This document shows positions 13,276 through 24,984 of a stretch of DNA of 64,000 nucleotides, piece by piece. Where the stretch lies: the NCBI GenBank assembly GCA_002269645.1, contig NIVC01001177.1, positions 186,001-250,000 of the forward strand. Direction: 5' to 3'. The position numbers and the translations under genes were made by a program. Source of the DNA: Macrostomum lignano (taxonomy: Eukaryota). Positions within the stretch are counted from its first letter, which is position 1. Each line of letters begins with the position of its first letter. The notes below the pieces were generated by a model, which did no database searches, had not been told where the DNA came from, and saw nothing but the letters and a program-made list of their open reading frames with translations.

Positions 13276-13325
13276 ATGCCTACAAGAAGTATAATTCTCT
13301 AAAAATGCTAAACTTGTCCACCACA

Positions 13326-15075
13326 CTAAAACTGCCCCTTAGCCCAGTCAGTCAAATATACGCAACCAATTGGCGATATTTCGCCACCAATCCGACAGTC
13401 TGGCGCCACCGGGCACGACACGCAAGGGACTCGGACGGCGCCGAAATCGCCGCTAGCCGGCAACTGACTCCTTGCTAATCGGTATAAACAACTCGATCCA
13501 GCGCCAGCGTACGGCCCCGGCCGGGTCTCTACAACACCTTCCAAGGTTAGGGCGCGTAATACTCGACGAATATCGTCTAGGCTGAGAGCAACAGTGCTGA
13601 CCCGTGACTGACCGATGAACTGCTGAACCTCCTCCAGGGTGGCAGACGCAGAGGTTGTAGCAGCTGGTGTCGCCGCCGCCTCGGCTTTCCGACGCAGATA
13701 CAGGGTGCACTGTTGGCAGAGTACGTCGACGAATTCTTGATCGAATCCTTCGCCGGAAAAAAATGTGCCAGCCTGCAGAGAGGCGTCCGGTTCGAGTTCG
13801 AATAGCATGAAGATTTTCTTCTTGGCGTGACCTGCGGAATCCGAGACGAATGATTGGCATTCTGACACTGTAGAAATGACATTCTGGTATTGTACGGTAG
13901 AAATGGCATTCTGGTATTGTATGGTAGAAATGGCATTCTGGTATTGTACGGTAGAAATGGCATTCTGACACTGTAGAAATGGCATTCTGGTATTGTACGG
14001 TAGAAATGGCATTCTGACACTGTAGAAATGGCATTCTGACACTGTAGAAATGGCATTCTGACACGGTAGAAATGGCATTCTGACATTGTAGAAATGGCAT
14101 TCTGACACTGTAGATATGGCATTCTGACACTGTAGAAATGGCATTCTGACACTGTAGAAATGGCATTCTGACACTGTAGAAATGGCATTCTGACACGGTA
14201 GAAATGGCATTCTGACACTGTAGAAATGGCATTCTGACACGGTAGAAATGGCATTCTGACACTGTAGAAATGGCATTCTGACACTGATCAACCACAAGCA
14301 TCTTACCAACAGGTCGCACAGTCTTAACCAGCTTCTTAGCCTCCAAACTGTTCAAACATTTGCCAATTTCTCGTTGCGGCATCGCACTCCTGCTCTGCAG
14401 CTGCTGGGCAGAGGCACCCTTATTCCCGAACGCTCGCAATTGCTCGTAAACCATGACCTCTTTGGTGTCCAATCCATCCAGTCTCCGGTCGGCGCTAGCG
14501 TCTCGAAGTCGCCACAACAGTTCCCGATTGGCTGTCTGTAGCACTTCAAGTTTACCTGACTGTGTGAGCTGATTGATGCACTGAATAATACGGTCCATTG
14601 GCAGGTCGGATAGGTGACTGCGCAATGCTGCCTGGTTTATGCCAGCTGGAAGCTGACCCGCCAGGTTGAGGAGCCTTTAAAAGATTTTTAAAACAAGAAT
14701 AACTAATAGTTAATCCAAAGGCTGCATACGGCTGTTCAGTCCAAGGACTGAGAGGGGAAGGTTGAGTCAAGAACTCCAATTGTTCTGAGATGGTTGAGAA
14801 TCGAGTTTATGACCTTTTATTTATGAGTCAAAATCAAATGCTCCAACCACTGGGCTATAACCCCAGCTAAAAGAAGTACTAGCCATATTTGAAGGATCCT
14901 CTTTTAAAAAGAGTAGTTTCTTCCTTTTCAGAATGTCTTTTTTGTTAACTATGCCTAATCTTAGTCCTTTGATGAGATGCCACTATGCCAGTGTGCTTAC
15001 AATGCAAAATATTATGAGTTACAATTACCTGGTTTGTATATCACCAGGATCTGGCTTAACTGTAGCAGTACTCAT
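13326..15075 (-). CDS. POLR3F: RNA polymerase III subunit RPC6/RPC34, 3 exons, about 306 aa
   Basis: Exons 15075-15029 (MSTATVKPDPGDIQT AG|gt), 14674-14307 (R LLNLAGQLPAGINQ...GNKG...LEAKKLVKTVRPV G|gtaag) and 13831-13326 (HAKKKIFMLFELEPD...FDQEFVDVLCQQC...VPCVSCPVAPDC...ISPIGCVYLTDW). C-terminal Fe-S cysteine motif; total 921 nt. Confidence 0.92.
13857..14286. repeat. 22-bp minisatellite (with 27-bp variants) filling POLR3F intron 2
   Basis: Unit CTGACACTGTAGAAATGGCATT; starts about 20 nt from the donor and ends about 25 nt from the acceptor. Confidence 0.95.
14790..14864 (-). mobile_element. Possible degenerate tRNA-derived SINE head in POLR3F intron 1
   Basis: Minus strand GGGGTTATAGCCCAGTGGTTGGAGCA (A-box TAGCCCAGTGG); the B-box is only degenerate (AACTCGATTC). 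Confidence 0.35.
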
Positions 15076-17049
15076 TTTTAGTTTAATTAGCACAATAAAT
15101 TTACCATGCAATTAAAGATGCAAAAACAATGATAACATGAATTACTGTAAAAAATGCATTGTGCAATAGCTAGCACTTCTGAATGCTGACATATATAGCA
15201 TATAAAAAGAATAGACTAGGCATTTTAGTCAGGGCAACATTTCTGGTATAATAGCAGTATAATCATGTTAAGTCAAATTGGCTTGAACCCTTCTTATAAA
15301 TATGTATATCAGTTTGATATTGTTCAGTCAAGCTTTTATTTGTTTATATACATTTCTAATATATATTCATATATATACTCATAGCACAAATATGGTCTCT
15401 AATGTAGTTGGTGCATAATCATGGCATACATTCAGGTCTTTGGTGTGTGATACACATTTTTGGCAAATTGTTATAAAACATGTAATTATTTGTTAATACT
15501 ACTTGTATTTTCAAATGTCCTATTTCTATGTTATGTTTTATAGGCTATAAGACAGTTCAATAAATAGATATTTTTGTTACAGGTTGCCTCAATGGTTAAG
15601 GATTCATTTAAAAATTAAGATATTAGAAAATTAGAATAGTAAGTAGGGAAAAGCCAAAAGTAGAGTTCTAGAAGATATAAGCATAGAAATAATGTATAAA
15701 ATCATATTGATATTTAAAAAATAGCAGATTGATGGCACATAGGCACTGCATGGATCATACCCTAAAAATATATTCATGGCATCTGCAAGAAAGGAGCAAG
15801 GGAAAGAAATTGGCACACTTTCAAAGTAGGTCACAAGCATACACAATACATTGTCATCACTTTCTTGACTATGAGAGCAGAGATAGTCTAAGACCACTCA
15901 AGATTCTTGGTCCTATGCTAATTAGATAAAACATATGTTACAGGGTTAAAGCTTCTGTCCTCTAGAATAATAATTTCATTGCTGACACAAAGTTGTAGTA
16001 GTGCTCTTTGTTCTCTTTTAATGCTACCAAAATTGTGCAAGGGGTTGAATTCTATCCTTCTTTTCTTAGAATTTGTCTAAGAATTAGTCTGAGTAATTGT
16101 CTTAGTATATCTGACCTGATTAATCTAATAACTATTCTTAGTATAAGTCTAAGTATTTAAGTACTGGTAATCCCTTATACTGGTAGCATTCTTAGTGTGA
16201 TTTTGGCCTAAGTGGTATTATTATTATTTTCCCACTGGTATATGTTGCATGTATTCCCTTCCCAGTCCTAAATGTTTCTAGGATCAGAGGGTCACAGCCT
16301 CAATGTTCTATATAATACTGCTAGGATCTACTTTATATTCCTCCCTTCTGGTTATCTACTTCTCAGTAGTATATACAGTATATTATCCTACTTCACTTCA
16401 TTAGAAAATGAATTAACTCAAAAAACACTTCTCAATTATTTGCTTAGAACACTCTGTATCAATCACTTATTAACTTTCTTATTTGCTTGAACTGCAGGAG
16501 GCAAGTTGGTTTCCTCCACTAAAACTTGCTCCTATCTAAATATACTAAATCATCACAATATACTAAATCTCTAAGGTTTGACCGGTATTCCAGTCTACAG
16601 CCTGAATGCCTGAACCGATTTTTTTCAAACTTGCTTTATTCAATTGCAAATTCTTGTGAGATTGTGTGGGTGTAATTGCATTGAAAAATTCAAATGAGAA
16701 GTTGGTTAAATATTCAAGCTTTCAATGGGAGGCTAGAAAAGGTCAAAATCTCACTAACTGAATTTCAATTCCAATTAAGATTGCGCCACAACTTTTCTCT
16801 GTTCACTGTGTACGCCTCAATACTGGCTGCAATAAGGGAGAGGAAAATAATGCTCAGTGGCTGCGTGTGTACATTCTGACCCTGGCTGACTGGCGGACTG
16901 CATAGACAATTGCTATTTATAGATTTCACTCAACTGTGCATTGGCTCTGCCTGCACACAACCTGTGCACACTGAGCAGCCTATCACTGCTATGTATTTGA
17001 CTGCAGTGCCGAAGCATATATGGCTGATTTTTGTACCCTCCAATCAGTA

Positions 17050-17165
17050 GGTGGAATAGCCGCAGTTTAGGCACTAGGTCTAGGTTTAGGCTAGGCATAA
17101 GGTCCAAGGTTCGAGTCCGCCTCCCCAGCGGATAATTAAAATTAAATAAATTCATTCATTAGTAG
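17050..17165 (+). mobile_element. Possible tRNA-derived SINE relic
   Basis: Exact B-box GGTTCGAGTCC at 17108-17118, A-box-like TAGCCGCAGTT about 50 nt upstream, AT-rich/(TTCA)n tail; no full cloverleaf. Confidence 0.35.
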
Positions 17166-17364
17166 CTTGTGCCTCGACTATTTTGAGAATTGCTTGATTA
17201 ATTATCTATTGCCTGAGCAATTAAAATTCTTTTATTAATTACAATAATTTATTTTTGCTACTCGCACAAGCCTTTAAGCAAATTTGATTTGATTTGTAAA
17301 ATCCTAAGATCCCATTAATTGTTATTATCTAGGTTTATAGATGTATTAATTAAATTACTTAACT

Positions 17365-18750
17365 GCAGACAATGCTGCTAAACTGCTGAGGTATTGCTAA
17401 ATGTTTGAGTGGTGCAAAAGATTGCCGATATGTATCGAAAATTGATTAGTAAGCCATACAATGCTGAGCTAATTTCTACATTGTTGAAAGGATCATTGCA
17501 GTTTGCTGAGGATACTGATGCTGATACTGATACTGATTGCTGAGGTAGTTCCTCCAGACTTATGAGTGTATAGCTACAAACTGCTGAGGGGATAACTATC
17601 TAGATCTAGAGAGTTCTAAGTGGATAATAATGGTGAAGTATTAAGTGCACGTTGTTGAGGCGATAACTGTGGACTGCTGAGTGAATTATTGTAGTTTGCT
17701 GATGTTAATGAAAGTTGTAGATGGCAAAGTGGATAACTGCAGGCTGCTAAGAGTATTACTGCAGTCTGTTTTGCGGGATTAAAAGGGATAGCTAATTTCA
17801 GGTTGTTGTGGGGATAACTGCCGATTTCTGGGGGGAGTCTGAGAAAGGTTGACTTCGAACTGCTGAAGTTACTAAACTTGTTGAATAGCATAAGGATTTT
17901 TTGACCATCTGTCAATAGGCAAAATAGCCAGGCAATAACAGGCATAGACTAAGCAGAAGGTCGGCAGCTCGAGTCTGCGTTGAAGCAGCAAATTTATCTT
18001 TGTGACCTGTGAGAATAATCATTGTCATGCAGGCATCAAACATTTAAATTTAAAGGAAGGTACTTTTGCTGGCTGCGTTAAGCTTCTAGAGCAGTGCTAA
18101 TCAGTGAGCCGTACAATGCAGTCATACATTGGCTGCTAAGTTGCAGACAATGCTGCTAAGCAGCTAAACTCCTGAAGGTATTGCTAAATGCTGAGTTGCG
18201 CAAGACTGCCAATATGTACCAAAAATTGATTAGTGAGCCATAGTAAATGCTAAGCAAATTTATCATTGCAGTTTACTGAGAATACTGAGGGGCCAGCTGA
18301 GAGAACTGCAGACTGCTAAGAGGATAAATGAGAATTATTAAGGAAACACTTGCTGACTGCAAATGAATTGACTGCAGACTACTGAGGGGAACTGCAGATT
18401 GTTGAAGGGATCATTGCAGACTGCAAAGGGGACAAACTGCAAACTGCTGACGTTGGTTAGTTTCTCAAGACTTATGAGCGTATAAGCTGCAAACTGCCTA
18501 GGGGATAGCTGCAGACTGCTAGAAGAATAATGGCAGACTTCTGAGGAGGATATCTAACTGTGAATAATTGTAGCTTGCTGAGGGGACAATTCTGGGTCTC
18601 TGAGAGATGATTGAATAATAATAATAAAAGTTGTAGAGTGCAAATGAGTTGTATGACTGCAGTCTGTTTTGCGGAATTAGAGGGGATAATTTCAGGTTGT
18701 TGTGGGGATAACAGCCGATTTCTGGGGAGGGTTAACTTGAAACTTCTGAG
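17365..18750. repeat. Diverged local duplication (about 17365-17835 vs 18142-18730) rich in CTGCAG/CTGCTGA motifs
   Basis: Shared blocks such as GCAGACAATGCTGCTAA, AAAATTGATTAGT and TAATTTCAGGTTGTTGTGGGGATAAC. Confidence 0.7.
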
Positions 18751-18779
18751 GCAATAATAGTAGTCCCCTTTTAGCAGTT

Positions 18780-19030
18780 TGGGAGTAGTGCTAATCTGGG
18801 AGGGGTGCTAATCTAGGGGAGTGGGGCTAATCTAAGGGAGTGGAGCTAATATAACGGAGTGGGGGGCTAATCTGGAGGATAGGGGCTAATCTGGAAGAAG
18901 TAGCAGTGCGAATTTTTGCGGAGTGGTGCTAATCTGGGCTGAGTGCTATAATCTGGGCGCAGTGCTAATCTGGGGGAAGTGGGGCTAATCTGGGGGTGTA
19001 GGGCTAATGTAGGAGAATAGTGCTAATCTG
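18780..19030. repeat. Degenerate ~21-bp G-rich repeat (GGGGCTAATCTGG)
   Basis: About 10 recurrences of GCTAATCT flanked by G runs. Confidence 0.75.
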
Positions 19031-20671
19031 GTGAGGATTTGAAAATAATGAATAATCATAAAAGAACTATAAATGAATTGACATTGAAAAGTTTCAAAAA
19101 TTAAGAAATGTAACTTTTTAGAACTTTTTAGTCTCAGTAAAATTGGTGTACAACTGCTTAGAGATTTGCTACTGCAGAACTGCTCGGAGATTAATGAGAT
19201 TTGCTCAGCGACTGTGAAAAACTTCTTATAGACAAGCGCTAAACTGCTAAGAAGCCACCCGGAGGGGGGCTAAATGGCTAGTCTTTTATACTAAATTTAC
19301 TGATGGTTTTGAATGAAAAGTTAATTTGCAAAAATCTTACAAAAAATATGTATAGTATAACAAAATGTTCTTCTTAGATTTGGCATGCATTCAAAAGTGT
19401 ACTAATTGTTAAAATTGAAAGAAATGGGGAACCCTTTACATATACTTTAGTTGGCTTTTTTGAGAAATGCTATTGCTAAACTGTAGCTAAACTTATATCA
19501 TTTTTGTAGTATTATTTGAAATTGCATTCATATACAATATTATTTTACTATAATGCAAATTATTCCAAAATCAAAATCAAAAGTAGCATAGCTGTTTTAA
19601 AAAACTATTGATAAAGCTATTGCTAATGACCTTTATTGGAATAAGTGGACAAAAGGCATCCAACCATCTATTACAATTTTGAAATTTTCCTGTGTTTTGT
19701 TGTGGCTAGAGTAAAGCAAGTGGTGTCGTGTTGCAGTGCAGTATTGGATAAATGGCAAGAGTAACTATGACTGACTTATTAAGGCTAAATGCATGTATAG
19801 AATAAAAGGTATATTTTATTTCTTTGGCCTCCAAATGGGGGGCGTAGATTGCTAGTATCATCTAATTAGAACTAGGTTGTATTTGGTGCAAAAGTTAATA
19901 AGTTCTATGTTGCATTGCATTTTTAAGCTATAATTTTAGGCCCTGTATCATGCATCCGTAGGTTTTTTATACTTATTCCAATGCAATACGGCTAGTGACC
20001 AATGAGTACAAATAAATATAAATATTCTATACTTAATAATATTGAATAAAAAAATTCAATTTTATTTTTCTGGTACCAGATAAACAATAATGACTTTATT
20101 TACCTGGTGCTAGATAAATAAAAGCAATATTATTCATTAAATACTGAATGAATAGTCATCACTCAAAATTTCTATTAGATTTTCTATAACATTTATGCTA
20201 AGCTATTTAACTTTAAGGAAGATAGTAAGATAGGGTAAGAGAATTAGATATATATATTAAGGCTAGGCTTTATATAGCTTTTTAGGCTTCCAAGATTTTA
20301 ATTTATTTTTTTTTGCTAGAAAAGCATAATTATAATATAATTATAAACTTGTCATAATAGAATTATAGGGGCCTAGATCAAATGTCAACATTGTAAATAT
20401 ATAGGCAATTTATTGCAACTCAAACATAAAATTTTGCAAAATTATTTATAGATTTGCATTGGTGCATTGGCATTGAAACTACTAAGCTAGGCCTCCTTAT
20501 AATGTATAAAAATTAGTGCAAAATAAATATATTTTATAGCTGTGACAATTGGTATAAAATCTTAGAATTAAGACCTAAATATTACAAGTGACCTTGTCCT
20601 TGGTTATAGTAGGCCTATACATAGCACATTTGAATTAGAATACAATACATTAAGCCTATAGATTGGTTCTA

Positions 20672-22301
20672 CCTGGTGTCCTAATAGAATTGAGACAAAA
20701 TTTAAATGAACAATGCTACCTCAAAATGCAAACTAGCAACACAAAACTTGTATATAAGGGAGAATGGTCTTTTGTAAGCACAATGCAACATTTTGTTTTC
20801 AAAATGTTGACTGAATAAGAGCACCGTGTTGCAATCATTGTGTGCTTTTGTAATGGGTGCATGCCACCACCATTGCCAAGTTCATAGAGATTTTGAGAGT
20901 GACTGTATATTGTGTTGCCACTGCATTCCAAGTTGCTGAGGATGAAAAAGAAGGTTTGGTATCATCTTGTTGAAAAGTCCAAGATTGGTCATAGTGCCAA
21001 AAGCAGAGCAAAGACTTCATCAACAAGCTGCAAGAACTTGTTGATGTGGATCCAAGCCAATCAATGTGCAATTTGGCAGCCAAGCTGCAAGGTGGCAGAA
21101 CAACCATTGTCAATGCAGTTCATAAGGACCTGCACTATCATTCATATGTCTTCAAGGTGTTGTGTGCCAGATGCTTAGTCAAGGTCAAAAAGAGTGAAGA
21201 TTGGCAAAATGCCATCTCTTACTGTCGTTCCTCAAGCATAAGGAGGCAGCTGGTCAACTTTACTCTTTCTTAGATGAAAAAAATTGTTTTAGTCAATCAA
21301 GAAGCCAATTGATACAATACTAGTGGTTGGCAAAGGATCCCAATGATGTGCCCACTATTATAGACAAAACAAGCCTTTTCCGCATAGCAAAAATTGCATA
21401 TCCAATAGAAAGTAGGACATCTCCGATACCTAACTTTTTTGGTTGCAGGAACATCCTTGATATGTATCTAATTTTTATGATCCTACTCTAAAGAAGCTTA
21501 TTTCTACAAAAATGGTGAACAGATAATGCTTGTAATTTTATCGATTATTTATTTCACCATTTTTGTAGAAACAAGCTTTTTCAGAGGATCATCAAAATTG
21601 GATGTGTATTAAGGACATTCCTGCAACCAAAAAAGTTACATATCGGAGAGGTCCCACTTACTATTAGATACATAATTTTGCTATGCAGGTTTAGTATCCA
21701 TATGCTGCTTGTTGTCTCTGATGAGGATGATATCATGCCACCACATTTCTTTGAGAAAGGCGAGACAATCAACACTGCTGTCTATCTAGACATTCTTAAG
21801 CATATAGTATATCTGTAGATTGTCAATGTGGTCACTAGATGCAGTTATTGCTTTCAATAGGATGGTGCTCCTACATACAATAGTAACATTGTACAAAACT
21901 AGTGTAGCAACATATTAGATATTCTAGTTGAAGGAGTTTTGGCTGCTTTCCTTGCCCAACTTTAATCCATTTGACTAACTATATTTGGGGCATTGTTGAG
22001 AAAGAGAGCAATAAACATAGGCACTGCACTAGGCCCTATGGCCTTGCTAGGCCAAGCAATTCAATTGTAGATGCATATGCCAATATTAATTGGCAGCATC
22101 TAATTCATGCCTGCAAGCATTTCCATGCCCAAATTGAGGCTGTCATCAATGCCAACAGTGGCTATATTGAGTGAAGCTAAAGTTAACATGTGTCTTGTTA
22201 TTTATACAAAATATAACCTAGATTTGTCATGCTTATTGCTTGCTAAAAACTGAGCTTAAAAAATGCGCCCTATTTTGTCTTAATTCTATTGGGACACTTG
22301 G
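20672..22301 (+). mobile_element. Decayed Tc1/mariner element of the DD37D (maT) type, TA TSD
   Basis: TIRs CCTGGTGTCCTAATAGAATTGAGACAAAAT and ATTTTGTCTTAATTCTATTGGGACACTTGG, each flanked by TA. Transposase relics: DPSQSMCNLAAKL...HKDLHY, LDEK, MPPHFFEKGETINTAVYLDIL, FQ*DGAP...PNFNPFD, YIWGIVEKESN. D-to-D spacing restores to 37 if a 2-nt deletion is assumed. Many stops. About 1.32 kb without the nested MITE. Confidence 0.88.
21381..21687. mobile_element. Fold-back MITE (~307 bp, near-palindromic) nested in the maT transposase
   Basis: Arms GCATAGCAAAAATT...TTGGTTGCAGGAA...TTTCTACAAAAATGGTGAA pair with TTCACCATTTTTGTAGAAA...TTCCTGCAACCAA...AATTTTGCTATGC; it splits the catalytic domain. Exact ends uncertain. 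Confidence 0.8.
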
Positions 22302-22603
22302 TATAGTCTTTTTTGGCACATTGATTTGATCATGGGATTCAATATTGTACATTTGTATTTAGGCCTAGTATGTCAGAGAAATTTGTGACTCCATTACAGC
22401 CCAATTATAGGCCTACCTATAAGGCTATATTATAAAATACTTTTAAATAGGCCTGGGGCCTACTAAAAGCATAGACAGATAAGCTAAGGCTCAGATGGTA
22501 CCTGGACTGGATTAGAGGCTGGAAAGATAACTAATGGCAACGATAATACTTAATTAACAACTAAAATCAAATTTTCAAACTGAAACCTCATTCATATGAC
22601 ATT

Positions 22604-22818
22604 CAGGGTCGACGGCCGACGGGTGTAGGGAGGGGGGATAGATCATAGAGGGGATGTATCCCCCCGAAGAGCCTGACCAAAACTTTTTTGTTGTCCTCTG
22701 TTGCTATACATGCTACCATGTGACTCTGTCATAGCACTTTTACCTTGGTGTATGTATCCCCCCCATAGAAAATTCACCTTGGTGTATCCCCCGTAGGAAA
22801 TTCCTGGCTACGCCCCTG
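22604..22818. mobile_element. hAT-like MITE, 215 bp
   Basis: Ends CAGGGTCG... and ...CCTGGCTACGCCCCTG; flanks ATGACATT and ATGACGTT (7/8 match); left TIR degraded. Confidence 0.65.
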
Positions 22819-22988
22819 ATGACGTTGTAGTTCTTATCATGAATTTGCTTCCGTTTCACACAGAAATGTAATTTTATTATTCGCCAGCTGTCAGCACACT
22901 GCACAGCGCATACACAGTCTAAGAAACCACGGAATAGTTAGCGCCTTAGCGGAAAGGAATGCAAAACATCAAACATGCAAAAAAATAA

Positions 22989-23580
22989 GGCAGTGCTTAT
23001 CCCCACGGTACCGTAGGAATAATTTCTGTCTTATTCCAACGGTACCGTGGGGATAATTTTCTGCTTATCCGCACGGCACACTGACGAGATAGCTGCCTAT
23101 CTTCTACATATGCCGTGGGTTCATAATTTAGTTTAGTACTTACGGTTTGAGTGCAATATAACAACATAACTTTGCTTGGCTATTATTTTGATAGAAGTAA
23201 AGATTTAATGGCCTTTTTACGCAAAAAAACACTTTTTTGTATTTATGACGTATGATTTAAGATGAATTGCTCTAGTAATTGTTTACAATCTAAGAACTTT
23301 TAGCAACTAGTCTAATCCCGACATCCCCGAAAAGTCCATTGCCGCTGCTTCTGTAGACTTCTTACTAGACATGTAAATTCTCAATTTGTTTGTATAGATT
23401 ATTGCATTGCTTCAACAATTCACCCGTGCGGATAAGCAGAAAATTATTCCCACGGCATATGTAGAAGATGGGGCAGCTATCTCGTCAATGTGCCGTGCGG
23501 ATAAGCAGAAAATTATCCCCACGGTACCGTTGGAATAAGACAGAAATTATTCCTACGGTACCGTGGGGATAAGCACTGCC
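22989..23580. mobile_element. Mutator-like (or Merlin-like) non-autonomous element, 592 bp, ~130-bp TIRs, 9-bp TSD
   Basis: Starts GGCAGTGCTTATCCCCACGGTACCGT and ends ACGGTACCGTGGGGATAAGCACTGCC; AAAAAATAA at 22980-22988 and 23581-23589; TIRs near-identical. Confidence 0.88.
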
Positions 23581-23915
23581 AAAAAATAATCTCAATTATA
23601 GCCAGGCCGCGTATAGAAGAAGAAAAAATTTAAGAGGCTACTGTTTCATAGAAGATTTTAAAGTATAACAAAGGTTTTTACAAAAATATAACTTTTAATT
23701 AAAGTAGCATTTGTAATTCGAATATGTTTAGTTATTAGTTAATAAATAAAACAGCTGGTTAAAAAATTATTTTTAAGAGATTTTATTTCTGTTTGAGCTG
23801 AAATTCAGTTTAGAAGAAAGGTTCCGATTTACTTGTTCAATACATCGTTACTATTCACTGGAAAAGTTACTAATTCTTTGCTTTGAACTTGACTAGTGGA
23901 GAAATAAAATTTTCA

Positions 23916-24801
23916 ATGACTACAAATATAACTGATAATGCTTGGCGTCAATCTGAGGATTACTTTAGTAGAGTCGAGATACAGTTGCAGCAAAGACACG
24001 AGGAGATGTAAGCATATGTATGATATGTATCCACGTAAATATAACATGCTACTGTATTTTATTAAAAAATAGACGAAAAGCTTATGTTTAGCACATCATT
24101 TTTTATAGTACAATGAACTTTCTATTTTTTTTACTTTTATCCACCCAGAATTGTACGGTTCTAAATTATCTATGCAACTGATATAAGTGATATATTAACC
24201 AACATTGAACGCTTAAAAGCCTAAAAGCTTCTTCTCTTAGAAAATCCAAAAAATATTAAGTTTAATAAGTAAGATTAATATTAAGAAAACATCTCAGCAT
24301 AAAACATTCACTTTCAGACTGGCACGTAGATCGGCGTTAATGTCTGGAAGGGAGGCATTCTACGACACGAAAACCGGATTTCCTGAAGTTTTCATCGGCA
24401 GCGATGCACAAGCAAGGAGAAGAAACGAAGAAATCTTCGATGTAAGCGTTTCGTTAGCAATATTGTCATTTAAATTCACGCTAAACAGCGGCTACTATAC
24501 ATGATTGCTTACATTTTAGTCTCTGAAGTCTATAAGGCAGGACTTGCAGCAGACATCAACTGAGGGTGACGAGACTCTAAAGCGGCTGCGGGTGAGGCTT
24601 TCAAATAAGCTGAATTAGTAGCTATACTATTAGTATTAAAAATCTACAAATCGTCGAACACTATCAAACTTGATAACTGCGTTTCGACTGCAGACGGCCT
24701 ACCTTCAGAGTGTGCAGAACTCAATGCCGCAGTGGATTGATCAGCTGCGAGAATTCAAGCTTCGGCAGATTCAGAAAATTGGCGAAGATCGTTGGAAGTG
24801 A
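23916..24801 (+). CDS. C3orf14: C3orf14/CEP15-like (DUF4570) small coiled-coil protein, 4 exons, 131 aa (short form)
   Basis: Exons 23916-24007, 24318-24441, 24520-24591, 24694-24801, all GT-AG with matching phases: MTTNITDNAWRQSEDYFSRVEIQLQQRHEEILARRSALM...ARRRNEEIFDSL...LRTAYLQSVQNSMPQWIDQ...WK. Matches my recollection of human EIRLSKRHEEIVSQR, AFKRN and RYWASVEEYIPKW. AATAAA at 24863. Orthology not database-checked. Confidence 0.75.
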
Positions 24802-24984
24802 GTTTGAAATTAGTGGCGAAGGCCAGGGGAAGTTTGCTTAATTTTGTCGTTAAATTTCGACCAATAAAGATAAAAAGTTGCACCTTAAGTCAAATTGAAG
24901 ATTCTCCAGAGACCCCGATAGACTCACAGTAACAACCCTTCGGCGAAAAGCGGTATAAAGACGGCTCTGAAATCTTTTAGAGAT

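Noticed and set aside
12768-13478. 236-aa acidic repeat protein (YSEDLKAD)n
   Set aside because: Frame-preserving 24-bp unit antisense to the POLR3F 3' end; no independent support.
17050-17135. Functional tRNA gene
   Set aside because: A B-box is present but no acceptor or anticodon stems could be formed.
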